Positions 1 through 8,448 of a stretch of 9,717 bases of DNA are shown piece after piece. Source of the DNA: a virus (Duplodnaviria; Heunggongvirae; Uroviricota; Caudoviricetes). The notes beneath the pieces were generated by a model, which was not told the origin of the DNA, ran no database searches, and saw nothing but the letters and a program-made list of their open reading frames with translations. The position numbers were made by a program, and so were the translations under genes. How positions within the stretch are numbered: position 1 is the stretch's first letter; each line of letters opens with the position of its first letter. Location: the IMG/VR virus record IMGVR_UViG_2695420646_000016. One strand, given 5' to 3'.

Positions 1-669
1 GCAGCGACGCACACACTCCCTCTGGCGTCACCGGGCATGGCGCGCATCTGCCTTTACGGGGATTTACAACGATTTGGCCGCCGCATCGACCTTCGTGTGA
101 AAACGGGGGCTGAAGCCATTCGGGCGCTGGCCACACAGCTCCCGGCGTTTCGTCAGAAACTGAGCGACGGCTGGTATCAGGTACGGATTGCCGGGCGGGA
201 CGTCAGCACGTCCGGGTTAACGGCGCAGTTACATGAGACTCTGCCTGATGGCGCTGTGATTCATATTGTTCCCAGAGTCGCCGGGGCCAAGTCAGGTGGC
301 GTATTCCAGATTGTCCTGGGAGCAGCCGCCATTGCCGGATCATTCTTTACTGCCGGAGCCACCCTTGCAGCGTGGGGGGCAGCCATTGGGGCCGGTGGTA
401 TGACCGGCATCCTGTTTTCTCTCGGTGCCAGTATGGTGCTCGGTGGTGTGGCCCAGATGCTGGCACCGAAAGCCAGAACTCCCCGTATACAGACAACGGA
501 TAACGGTAAGCAGAACACCTATTTCTCCTCACTGGATAACATGGTTGCCCAGGGCAATGTTCTGCCTGTTCTGTACGGGGAAATGCGCGTGGGGTCACGC
601 GTGGTTTCTCAGGAGATCAGCACGGCAGACGAAGGGGACGGTGGTCAGGTTGTGGTGATTGGTCGCTGA
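1..669 (+). CDS. I: Tail (tip) assembly protein I, lambda gpI-like; 5' partial, start codon lies just upstream of the window
   Basis: Frame 1 is open from base 1 and translates as AATHTLPLASPG before the track's Met at 37, matching my recollection of the lambda gpI N-terminus (MAATHTLPLASPGMARICLYGDLQRF...). Stop TGA at 667-669. Gly/Ala-rich hydrophobic middle segment. Sits directly upstream of J, as in lambda. Confidence 0.88.
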   Translation, partial: AATHTLPLASPGMARICLYGDLQRFGRRIDLRVKTGAEAIRALATQLPAFRQKLSDGWYQVRIAGRDVSTSGLTAQLHETLPDGAVIHIVPRVAGAKSGGVFQIVLGAAAIAGSFFTAGATLAAWGAAIGAGGMTGILFSLGASMVLGGVAQMLAPKARTPRIQTTDNGKQNTYFSSLDNMVAQGNVLPVLYGEMRVGSRVVSQEISTADEGDGGQVVVIGR

Positions 670-687
670 TGCAAAATGTTTTATGTG

Positions 688-708
688 AAACCGCCTGCGG
701 GCGGTTTT
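688..708 (+). terminator. Short GC hairpin with T-tract in the I-J intergenic spacer (terminator-like or RNA-structure element)
   Basis: aaaccgcc (688-695), loop tgcg, ggcggttt (700-707), then tgtcattt. Perfect 8-bp inverted repeat seen directly. Lies inside an operon, so it may be an attenuator or stability element rather than a full terminator. Confidence 0.35.
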
Positions 709-729
709 GTCATTTATGGAGCGTGAGGA

Positions 730-3700
730 ATGGGTAAAGGCAGCAGTAAGGGGCATACCCCGCGCGAAGCGAAGGACAACCTGAAGTCCACGCAGTTGCT
801 GAGTGTGATCGATGCCATCAGCGAAGGGCCGGTTGAAGGTCCGGTGGATGGATTAAAAAGCGTGCTGCTGAACAGTACGCCGGTGCTGGACAGTGAGGGG
901 AATACCAATATATCCGGCGTCACGGTGGTGTTCCGGGCCGGTGAGCAGGAGCAGACACCGCCGGAGGGATTTGAATCATCCGGCTCCGAGACGGTGCTGG
1001 GTACGGAAGTGAAGTACGACACGCCGATTACCCGGACCATCACGTCGGCAAACATCGACCGTCTGCGCTTTACCTTCGGTGTGCAGGCACTGGTGGAAAC
1101 CACCTCAAAGGGGGACCGGAATCCGTCGGAAGTCCGCCTGCTGGTTCAGATACAGCGTAATGGTGGCTGGGTGACGGAAAAAGACATCACCATTAAAGGC
1201 AAAACCACCTCGCAGTATCTGGCCTCGGTGGTGGTGGGTAACCTGCCGCCGCGCCCGTTCAATATCCGGATGCGCAGGATGACGCCGGACAGCACCACAG
1301 ACCAGCTGCAGAACAAAACGCTCTGGTCGTCATACACCGAAATCATCGATGTGAAACAGTGCTACCCGAACACGGCACTGGTCGGCGTACAGGTGGATTC
1401 GGAGCAGTTCGGCAGCCAGCAGGTGAGCCGTAATTATCATCTGCGCGGGCGTATTCTGCAGGTGCCGTCGAACTATAACCCGCAGACTCGGCAATACAGC
1501 GGTATCTGGGACGGAACGTTTAAGCCAGCATACAGCAATAACATGGCCTGGTGTCTGTGGGATATGCTGACCCATCCACGCTACGGCATGGGGAAACGTC
1601 TTGGTGCGGCGGATGTGGACAAATGGGCGCTGTATGTCATCGGCCAGTACTGCGACCAGTCAGTGCCGGACGGCTTTGGCGGCACGGAGCCGCGCATCAC
1701 CTGTAATGCGTACCTGACCACACAGCGCAAGGCGTGGGATGTGCTCAGTGATTTCTGCTCGGCGATGCGCTGTATGCCGGTATGGAACGGGCAGACGCTG
1801 ACGTTCGTGCAGGACCGACCATCAGATAAGGTGTGGACCTATAACCGCAGTAATGTGGTGATGCCGGATGATGGCGCGCCGTTCCGCTACAGCTTCAGCG
1901 CCCTGAAGGACCGCCATAATGCCGTTGAGGTGAACTGGATTGACCCGAACAACGGCTGGGAGACGGCGACAGAGCTTGTTGAAGATACGCAGGCCATTGC
2001 CCGTTACGGTCGTAACGTCACGAAGATGGATGCCTTTGGCTGTACCAGCCGGGGGCAGGCGCACCGCGCCGGGCTGTGGCTGATTAAAACGGAACTGCTG
2101 GAAACGCAGACCGTGGACTTCAGCGTGGGTGCGGAAGGGCTTCGCCATGTACCGGGGGATGTCATTGAAATCTGCGATGATGACTATGCGGGTATCAGCA
2201 TCGGCGGGCGCGTGCTGGCGGTGAACAGCCAGACCCGGACGCTGACGCTCGACCGTGAAATCACGCTGCCATCCTCCGGTACCACGCTGATAAGCCTGGT
2301 TGACGGAAGTGGCAATCCGGTCAGCGTGGAGGTCCAGTCCGTCACCGACGGCGTGAAGGTAAAAGTGAGCCGTGTTCCTGACGGCGTTGCCGGATACAGC
2401 GTGTGGGGGCTGAAGCTGCCGACGCTGCGCCAGCGCCTGTTCCGCTGCGTGAGTATCCGTGAGAACGATGACGGCACGTATGCCATCACCGCCGTGCAGC
2501 ATGTACCGGAAAAAGAGGCCATCGTGGATAACGGGGCGCACTTTGACGGCGACCAGAGCGGCACGGTGAATGGTGTCACGCCGCCAGCGGTGCAGCACCT
2601 GGCCGCAGAAGTCACTGCAGACAGCGGGGAATATCAGGTGCTGGCGCGATGGGACACACCGAAGGTGGTGAAGGGCGTGAGCTTCCTGCTCCGTCTGACC
2701 GTAACAGCGGACGACGGCAGTGAGCGGCTGGTCAGCACGGCCCGGACGACGGAAACCACATACCGCTTCAGGCAACTGGCGCTGGGGCGTTACACGCTGA
2801 CGGTCCGGGCGGTAAATGCGTGGGGGCAGCAGGGCGATCCGGCATCGGTATCGTTCCGGATTGCGGCACCGGCAGCGCCTGTCACTATTGAACTGATACC
2901 AGGGTATTTTCAGATAACAGCGGTCCCGAAACTGGCTGTATATGACCCGACGGTGCAGTTTGAGTTCTGGTTCTCGGAAAAGCGGATTATCGATATCAGG
3001 CAGGTTGAAACCAGCGCGCGTTATCTTGGTACGGCGCTGTACTGGATAGCCGCCAGTAGCAATATTAAGCCGGGTTATGATTATTACTTTTATATCCGCA
3101 GCGTGAACACCGTTGGTAAATCGGCATTTGTGGAGGCCGTTGGTCGGGCGAGCGATGATGCGGAAGGTTATCTGAATTTTTATAAAGGGTTGATCAATAA
3201 AACGCATCTCGGCAAGGAACTGCTGGAAAACTTTGAGCTGACGGAAGATAACGCCAGCAAACTGGAGGAGTTTTCGAAAGAGTGGAAGGACGCCAACGAT
3301 AAATGGAATGCCATGTGGGGCGTCAAAATTGAGCAGACCAAAGACGGCAAACATTATGTCGCGGGGCTTGGCCTCAGCATGGAGGATACGGAGGAAGGCA
3401 AACTGAGCCAGTTCCTGGTTGCCGCTAACCGTATCGCGTTTATTGACCCGGCAAACGGGAATGAAACGCCGATGTTTGTGGCGCAGGGCAACCAGATATT
3501 CATGAACGACGTGTTCCTGAAGCGCCTGACAGCCCCCACTATTACCAGCGGTGGCAGTCCTCCGGTATTTTCCCTGACATCAGACGGAAAGCTGACCGCT
3601 AAAAATGCGGATATCAGTGGTAGTGTGAATGCGAACTCAGGAACGCTCAACAATGTCACGATTAACCAGAACTGTACGATTAAGGGCATGCTGGAGGCGA

Positions 3701-4143
3701 CTCAGGTCAGAGGTGACTTCGTTAAAGCTGTATCCAAATCATTTCCGAAACAGGCTGGTACGTGGGGTAACACGGAAACACCAAACGGGACGGTTACAGT
3801 CACCATCAGCGATGATCATAACTTTGACCGTCAAATCATTATTCCGCCCATTATCTTTAACGGAATAGCGTATAGCGATCCGGGAAGTGGTAATAACCCG
3901 GGAGGTACAAGATACACGGGTTATGGTTTTGAAGTTCGCAAAAACGGTGTATTAATCGCATCCAGAGAAACTAAAGGGGCCATTCCCGGTAGCTACAGTG
4001 CGGTTATTGATATGCCGAGTGGCAGGGGAAGCGTCACTCTGGAGTTTAAGGTTTTCCATAAAGGCAATCAGTGGGCAGGTAATATCACCGACTGTACGGT
4101 GATTGTGACCAAAAAAGCCGCTTCCGGCATCAGTATTCGTTGA
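730..4143 (+). CDS. J: Host specificity protein J (central tail fibre / tail tip), 1137 aa
   Basis: Long ORF with ATG at 730 preceded by GGAG at 718-721. N-terminus [34 protein letters not shown]... and most of the length match lambda gpJ as I recall it. The last ~150 aa differ from lambda J and the DNA becomes more AT-rich. Stop TGA at 4141-4143. Confidence 0.95.
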   Translation: MGKGSSKGHTPREAKDNLKSTQLLSVIDAISEGPVEGPVDGLKSVLLNSTPVLDSEGNTNISGVTVVFRAGEQEQTPPEGFESSGSETVLGTEVKYDTPITRTITSANIDRLRFTFGVQALVETTSKGDRNPSEVRLLVQIQRNGGWVTEKDITIKGKTTSQYLASVVVGNLPPRPFNIRMRRMTPDSTTDQLQNKTLWSSYTEIIDVKQCYPNTALVGVQVDSEQFGSQQVSRNYHLRGRILQVPSNYNPQTRQYSGIWDGTFKPAYSNNMAWCLWDMLTHPRYGMGKRLGAADVDKWALYVIGQYCDQSVPDGFGGTEPRITCNAYLTTQRKAWDVLSDFCSAMRCMPVWNGQTLTFVQDRPSDKVWTYNRSNVVMPDDGAPFRYSFSALKDRHNAVEVNWIDPNNGWETATELVEDTQAIARYGRNVTKMDAFGCTSRGQAHRAGLWLIKTELLETQTVDFSVGAEGLRHVPGDVIEICDDDYAGISIGGRVLAVNSQTRTLTLDREITLPSSGTTLISLVDGSGNPVSVEVQSVTDGVKVKVSRVPDGVAGYSVWGLKLPTLRQRLFRCVSIRENDDGTYAITAVQHVPEKEAIVDNGAHFDGDQSGTVNGVTPPAVQHLAAEVTADSGEYQVLARWDTPKVVKGVSFLLRLTVTADDGSERLVSTARTTETTYRFRQLALGRYTLTVRAVNAWGQQGDPASVSFRIAAPAAPVTIELIPGYFQITAVPKLAVYDPTVQFEFWFSEKRIIDIRQVETSARYLGTALYWIAASSNIKPGYDYYFYIRSVNTVGKSAFVEAVGRASDDAEGYLNFYKGLINKTHLGKELLENFELTEDNASKLEEFSKEWKDANDKWNAMWGVKIEQTKDGKHYVAGLGLSMEDTEEGKLSQFLVAANRIAFIDPANGNETPMFVAQGNQIFMNDVFLKRLTAPTITSGGSPPVFSLTSDGKLTAKNADISGSVNANSGTLNNVTINQNCTIKGMLEATQVRGDFVKAVSKSFPKQAGTWGNTETPNGTVTVTISDDHNFDRQIIIPPIIFNGIAYSDPGSGNNPGGTRYTGYGFEVRKNGVLIASRETKGAIPGSYSAVIDMPSGRGSVTLEFKVFHKGNQWAGNITDCTVIVTKKAASGISIR

Positions 4144-4164
4144 AATTGTTATAACCCATATAAG

Positions 4165-4188
4165 GGCACCAGAAATGGTGCCTTTTTT
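4165..4188 (+). terminator. Rho-independent terminator-like hairpin downstream of J
   Basis: ggcacc (4165-4170), loop agaaat, ggtgcc (4177-4182), followed by tttttt (4183-4188). Confidence 0.6.
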
Positions 4189-4212
4189 ATTGCAGAAAAG
4201 CGAGAGGTAATT

Positions 4213-4812
4213 ATGCGTAAACTTTATGCCGCCATTTTGTCCGCAGCCATTTGTCTGGCCGTATCCGGTGCGCCTGCATGGGCGTCTGAACATCAGTCCA
4301 CGCTGAGCGCGGGGTATCTTCATGCCCGGACGAACGTTCCCGGCAGTGATGATCTGAACGGGATTAACGTGAAATACCGTTATGAGTTTACGGACACACT
4401 GGGGCTGGTGACGTCATTCAGCTATGCAGGAGACAAGAATCGCCAGCTTACCCGTTACAGCGATACCCGCTGGCATGAAGATTCCGTGCGTAACCGCTGG
4501 TTCAGCGTGATGGTGGGGCCGTCTGTGCGCGTGAATGAATGGTTCAGCGCGTATGCGATGGCGGGTATGGCTTACAGCCGTGTGTCGACTTTCTCCGGGG
4601 ATTATCTCCGCGTAACTGACAACAAGGGGAAAACGCACGACGTGCTGACCGGAAGTGATGACGGTCGCCACAGCAACACGTCTCTGGCGTGGGGAGCTGG
4701 CGTGCAGTTTAACCCGACCGAATCCGTGGCCATTGATATTGCTTATGAAGGCTCCGGCAGTGGCGACTGGCGCACTGACGGTTTCATCGTGGGTGTCGGT
4801 TATAAGTTCTGA
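4213..4812 (+). CDS. lom: Outer membrane protein Lom (Ail/Lom family beta-barrel; lysogenic-conversion moron), 199 aa
   Basis: SD gagagg at 4202-4207, ATG at 4213. Signal-peptide-like N-terminus [24 protein letters not shown] followed by SEHQ. Alternating aromatic/hydrophobic beta-strand pattern and C-terminal ...GVGYKF typical of outer-membrane barrels. Sequence matches lambda Lom as recalled. Confidence 0.9.
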
Positions 4813-4838
4813 TTAGCCAGGTAACACAGTGTTATGAC

Positions 4839-4866
4839 AGCCCGCCGGTTCAGGCGGGCTTTTTTG
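4839..4866 (+). terminator. Rho-independent terminator downstream of lom
   Basis: agcccgcc (4839-4846), loop ggttca, ggcgggct (4853-4860), followed by tttttt. Confidence 0.7.
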
Positions 4867-4876
4867 TGGGGTGAAT

Positions 4877-7810
4877 ATGGCAGTAAAGATTTCAGGTGTA
4901 CTGAAAGACGGCACAGGAAAACCGGTACAGAACTGCACAATCCAGCTGAAAGCAAAACGTAACAGCACCACGGTGGTGGTGAACACGCTGGCCTCAGAAA
5001 ATCCGGATGAAGCCGGGCGTTACAGCATGGACGTTGAGTACGGGCAGTACAGCGTTATTCTGTTGGTGGAAGGATTCCCGCCGTCACATGCCGGGACCAT
5101 CACCGTGTATGAAGATTCTCAACCCGGTACGCTGAATGATTTTCTCGGTGCCATGACGGAGGATGATGCCCGTCCGGAGGCACTGCGCCGTTTTGAACAG
5201 ATGGTGGAAGAGGTGGCGCGTAACGCGTCCGCAGTGGCACAGAACACGGCAGCCGCGAAGAAGTCAGCCAGTGATGCCAGCACATCTGCCAGTGAGGCGG
5301 CAACCCATGCGACTGATGCTGCAGACTCAGCACGCGCAGCCAGCACGTCAGCCGGACAGGCCGCGACGTCGGCTCAGGAGGCTTTTTCCAGCGCAGGAAC
5401 GGCATCAGCAAAAGCCTCTGAGGCATCAAAAAGTGCTGCCGCTGCAGAGTCCTCAAAAAGCGCGGCGGCTACCAGTGCCGATGCGGCGAAAACGTCAGAA
5501 ACGAATGCGGCAGCGTCACAACAATCAGCAGCCACTTCTGCATCCACCGCGACCACGAAAGCGTCAGAAGCTGCCTCCTCAGCCCGGGATGCGTCGGCTT
5601 CAAAAGAGGCGGCAAAATCATCAGAAACGAACGCATCATCAAGCGCCAGTAGTGCCGCTTCCTCGGCAACGGCGGCAGGAAATTCCGCGAAGGCGGCAAA
5701 GACGTCTGAGACAAACGCTAAGTCCTCTGAAACGGCAGCGGAACAGAGTGCCTCAGCTGCGGCAGGCTCAAAAACAGCGGCTGCATCATCTGCCAGTGCC
5801 GCGTCAACAAGTGCCGGGCAGGCCTCAGCCAGTGCCACCGCCGCCGGAAAATCGGCAGAAAGTGCTGCATCGTCCGCTTCAACAGCCACAACGAAGGCTG
5901 GCGAAGCCGCTGTACAGGCCAGCGCAGCAGCGAGGTCTGCTTCCGCAGCGAAGACATCCGAGACGAACGCGAAAGCGTCGGAAACCAGCGCAGAATCCTC
6001 AAAAACGGCTGCCGCATCGTCCGCCAGTTCGGCGGCGTCATCGGCATCATCTGCGTCTGCTTCAAAAGATGAGGCGACCAGACAGGCGTCAGCAGCAAAG
6101 GGCAGCGCCACGACGGCATCCACGAAGGCGACAGAGGCAGCTGGCAGTGCGACGGCGGCAGCTCAGAGCAAAAGTACGGCGGAATCCGCGGCAACGCGCG
6201 CCGAGACAGCGGCAAAACGGGCAGAGGATATTGCATCCGCCGTGGCGCTTGAGGATGCGAGCACGACGAAAAAGGGGATAGTACAGCTCAGCAGTGCGAC
6301 TAACAGCACTTCCGAGTCACTGGCGGCAACGCCAAAAGCCGTTAAGGCCGCGTATGAGCTGGCTAACGGGAAATACACCGCACAGGATGCAACGACAGCA
6401 CAGAAAGGGATAGTTCAGCTTAGCAACGCGACCAACAGCACATCTGAAATGCTGGCGGCAACGCCAAAGTCGGTAAAGACAGCCTATGACCTTGCTAACG
6501 GGAAATATACTGCTCAGGACGCTACGACAGCACAAAAAGGAATTGTCCAGCTCAGTAGTGCAACCAACAGCGCATCTGAAACGCTTGCCGCGACACCGAA
6601 AGCAGTGAAAGCAGCTAATGATAATGCGAATGGTCGGGTACCTTCTGCCCGTAAGGTGAATGGTAAGGCGCTTTCAGCGGATATAACACTGACGCCGAAA
6701 GATATTGGTACGCTTAACTCAACAACAATGTCGTTCAGCGGTGGTGCTGGTTGGTTCAAATTAGCAACGGTAACCATGCCACAGGCGAGTTCTGTTGTTT
6801 CAATTACGTTGATTGGTGGCGCGGGATTTAACGTGGGGTCACCTCAACAGGCAGGTATATCTGAACTTGTTTTGCGTGCAGGTAATGGTAATCCGAAGGG
6901 GATTACTGGTGCTTTATGGCAGCGCACATCGACAGGGTTTACAAATTTTGCCTGGGTCAATACATCTGGTGATACTTACGATATTTACGTTGCAATCGGA
7001 AATTATGCGACTGGTGTAAATATTCAATGGGATTATACCAGTAATGCCAGCGTGACGATTCATACGTCACCAGCATATTCTGCTAATAAGCCGGAAGGGT
7101 TAACGGACGGTACAGTTTATTCACTCTATACGCCATCAGAGCAGTTTTATCCGCCTGGCGCACCAATCCCGTGGCCATCGGATACCGTTCCGTCTGGTTA
7201 TGCCCTGATGCAGGGGCAGACTTTTGACAAATCTGCCTACCCGAAACTTGCAGCCGCTTATCCGTCAGGCGTGATCCCTGATATGCGTGGCTGGACGATT
7301 AAGGGCAAACCTGCCAGTGGTCGTGCCGTATTGTCTCAGGAACAGGACGGCATTAAATCGCACGCCCACAGCGCCAGTGCATCCAGTACGGATTTGGGGA
7401 CGAAAACCACGTCGTCGTTTGATTATGGTACTAAGTCTTCAAATGCCACTGGTGACCATAACCACAGCCGAGGCACTATGGAAATTACCGGTACTCTCGG
7501 TTACTTCAGAAGTGATAGCGGTAATTTCTATACAGCAAGTGGAGCATTTACACTGGGTGGCTCTGCGCCAGCCCATGGATTTACGGGCTCTCAATTTACT
7601 TATGGTGTTCCTGTAAACTTTAACGCTTCCAGAACCTGGTCTGGTGCCACAAGCACTACAGGTAACCATGCGCACTCTGTTCCAATTGGTGCTCATGCGC
7701 ACTCCGTTGCGATTGGTTCACATGGACACACCATCACCGTTAACGCTGCTGGTAACGCGGAAAACACCGTCAAAAACATCGCATTTAACTATATTGTGAG
7801 GCTTGCATAA
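4877..7810 (+). CDS. stf: Side tail fibre protein Stf, about 977 aa, intact single ORF
   Basis: N-terminus [26 protein letters not shown]... matches lambda Stf. The track starts at GTG 4871, but ATG 4877 reproduces the lambda start and is preferred. Contains an Ala/Ser-rich shaft, 3 tandem 44-aa repeats and a C-terminal HxH-rich domain ending ...[18 protein letters not shown]. Stop TAA at 7808-7810 overlaps the tfa ATG. Confidence 0.9.
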   Translation: MAVKISGVLKDGTGKPVQNCTIQLKAKRNSTTVVVNTLASENPDEAGRYSMDVEYGQYSVILLVEGFPPSHAGTITVYEDSQPGTLNDFLGAMTEDDARPEALRRFEQMVEEVARNASAVAQNTAAAKKSASDASTSASEAATHATDAADSARAASTSAGQAATSAQEAFSSAGTASAKASEASKSAAAAESSKSAAATSADAAKTSETNAAASQQSAATSASTATTKASEAASSARDASASKEAAKSSETNASSSASSAASSATAAGNSAKAAKTSETNAKSSETAAEQSASAAAGSKTAAASSASAASTSAGQASASATAAGKSAESAASSASTATTKAGEAAVQASAAARSASAAKTSETNAKASETSAESSKTAAASSASSAASSASSASASKDEATRQASAAKGSATTASTKATEAAGSATAAAQSKSTAESAATRAETAAKRAEDIASAVALEDASTTKKGIVQLSSATNSTSESLAATPKAVKAAYELANGKYTAQDATTAQKGIVQLSNATNSTSEMLAATPKSVKTAYDLANGKYTAQDATTAQKGIVQLSSATNSASETLAATPKAVKAANDNANGRVPSARKVNGKALSADITLTPKDIGTLNSTTMSFSGGAGWFKLATVTMPQASSVVSITLIGGAGFNVGSPQQAGISELVLRAGNGNPKGITGALWQRTSTGFTNFAWVNTSGDTYDIYVAIGNYATGVNIQWDYTSNASVTIHTSPAYSANKPEGLTDGTVYSLYTPSEQFYPPGAPIPWPSDTVPSGYALMQGQTFDKSAYPKLAAAYPSGVIPDMRGWTIKGKPASGRAVLSQEQDGIKSHAHSASASSTDLGTKTTSSFDYGTKSSNATGDHNHSRGTMEITGTLGYFRSDSGNFYTASGAFTLGGSAPAHGFTGSQFTYGVPVNFNASRTWSGATSTTGNHAHSVPIGAHAHSVAIGSHGHTITVNAAGNAENTVKNIAFNYIVRLA
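5230..6250 (+). repeat. Compositionally biased Ala/Ser/Thr-rich low-complexity region of Stf, with degenerate internal repeats
   Basis: About 340 codons dominated by GCN/TCN/ACN. Recurrent modules such as AKTSETNA(A/K)(A/S)SE at roughly 5490, 5617, 5700 and 5950. Both alternative frames and the minus strand stay open across it (track ORFs 5163..6281 and 5374..6123), a typical artefact of such bias. Confidence 0.75.
6263..6630 (+). repeat. Three tandem 132-bp (44-aa) repeats inside stf (phage tail-fibre repeat module)
   Basis: Units begin near 6263, 6395 and 6527: T(T/A)(K/Q)KGIVQLS(S/N)ATNS(T/A)SE(S/M/T)LAATPK(A/S)VK(A/T)AY(E/D)[11 protein letters not shown]. The third unit diverges after ...AANDNANG. 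The conserved Gly codon recurs at 6275, 6407 and 6539, giving an exact 132-nt period. Confidence 0.85.
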
Positions 7811-8394
7811 TGGCATTCAGAATGAGTGAACAAGCACGGACCATAAAAATTTATAATCTGCTGGCCGGAACTAATGAATTTATTGGTGAAGGTGACGCAT
7901 ATATTCCGCCTCATACAGGTCTGCCAGCAAACAGTACCGATATTGCACCGCCAGATATTCCGGCTGGCTTTGTGGCTGTTTTCAACAGTGATGAGGCATC
8001 GTGGCATCTCGTTGAAGATCATCGGGGTAAAACGGTTTATGACGTAGCTTCCGGCGACGCGTTATTTATTTCTGAACTCGGCTTATTACCGGAAAATGTT
8101 ACCTGGTTATCGCCGGAAGGGGAGTTTCAGAAGTGGAACGGCACAACCTGGGTGAAAGATGCAGAAGCAGAAAAACTGTTCCGGATCCGGGAGGCGGAAG
8201 AAACAAAAAACAACCTGATGCAGGTAGCCAGTGAGCATATTGCGCCGCTTCAGGATGCTGCAGATCTGGAAATTGCAACGGAGGAAGAAACCTCATTGCT
8301 GGAAGCCTGGAAAAAGTATCGGGTGTTGCTGAACCGTGTTGATACATCAACTGCACCTGATATTGAGTGGCCTACGAACCCTGTCAGGGAGTAA
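7810..8394 (+). CDS. tfa: Tail fibre assembly protein Tfa (tail-fibre chaperone), 194 aa
   Basis: ATG at 7810 overlaps the stf stop (taATGg), implying translational coupling. SD gtgagg at 7796-7801. N-terminus [53 protein letters not shown] matches lambda Tfa as recalled. Stop TAA at 8392-8394. Confidence 0.92.
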   Translation: MAFRMSEQARTIKIYNLLAGTNEFIGEGDAYIPPHTGLPANSTDIAPPDIPAGFVAVFNSDEASWHLVEDHRGKTVYDVASGDALFISELGLLPENVTWLSPEGEFQKWNGTTWVKDAEAEKLFRIREAEETKNNLMQVASEHIAPLQDAADLEIATEEETSLLEAWKKYRVLLNRVDTSTAPDIEWPTNPVRE

Positions 8395-8441
8395 TCATTG
8401 GGATTATGCCGCAGCACGTCTTAAGCAAGAACGTGCTGCGG
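8245..8441 (+). repeat. Direct repeat copy A: 3' end of tfa plus downstream hairpin
   Basis: 8251-8394 aligns to 9289-9432 with about 15 mismatches in 144 bp by manual count. The following ~47 bp, including the hairpin, is also conserved with copy B. Confidence 0.85.
8409..8441. terminator. Perfect 11-bp-stem hairpin between convergent tfa (+) and the methyltransferase gene (-); candidate bidirectional terminator or RNA element
   Basis: ccgcagcacgt (8409-8419), 11-nt loop, acgtgctgcgg (8431-8441). A T-run (8452-8457) follows on the + strand but is 10 nt from the stem, so terminator function is uncertain. Confidence 0.45.
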
Positions 8442-8448
8442 TTGGATG

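Noticed and set aside
261-658. Small ORFs overlapping gene I (261..518 -, 347..598 -, 425..658 +)
   Set aside because: Embedded in or antisense to the I coding frame, with no start signals. Shadow ORFs.
1822-3354. 510-aa minus-strand ORF, and the nested 143-aa ORF at 2184..2615
   Set aside because: Lies entirely antisense within J. It is Arg/His/Pro-rich low-complexity sequence of the kind produced by the reverse complement of a GC-rich gene, and has no evident RBS. Treated as a shadow ORF.
4144-4212. A lom-specific sigma70 promoter between J and lom
   Set aside because: No convincing -35/-10 pair with proper spacing could be identified by eye. Most of the spacer is taken up by the terminator hairpin, so no promoter is annotated.
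4871-4876. GTG at 4871 as the stf start (track ORF begins MNMAVKISG)
   Set aside because: ATG at 4877 gives MAVKISG, matching the lambda Stf N-terminus. The GTG lies within the SD-like gggGTGa itself.
5163-6281. 372-aa Arg/Gln/Pro-rich + strand ORF and the minus-strand ORFs across the same span (5374..6123, 5718..6236, 5100..5456 and others)
   Set aside because: Alternative-frame and antisense readings of the Ala/Ser-codon-rich Stf shaft. The extreme composition is a frame artefact, and the in-frame Stf reading matches a known protein family.
6263-6630. Tandem repeats as a possible CRISPR array or VNTR
   Set aside because: The repeats are 132 bp, in frame and protein-coding within stf, with no spacer/repeat alternation. 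They are a tail-fibre repeat module, not CRISPR.
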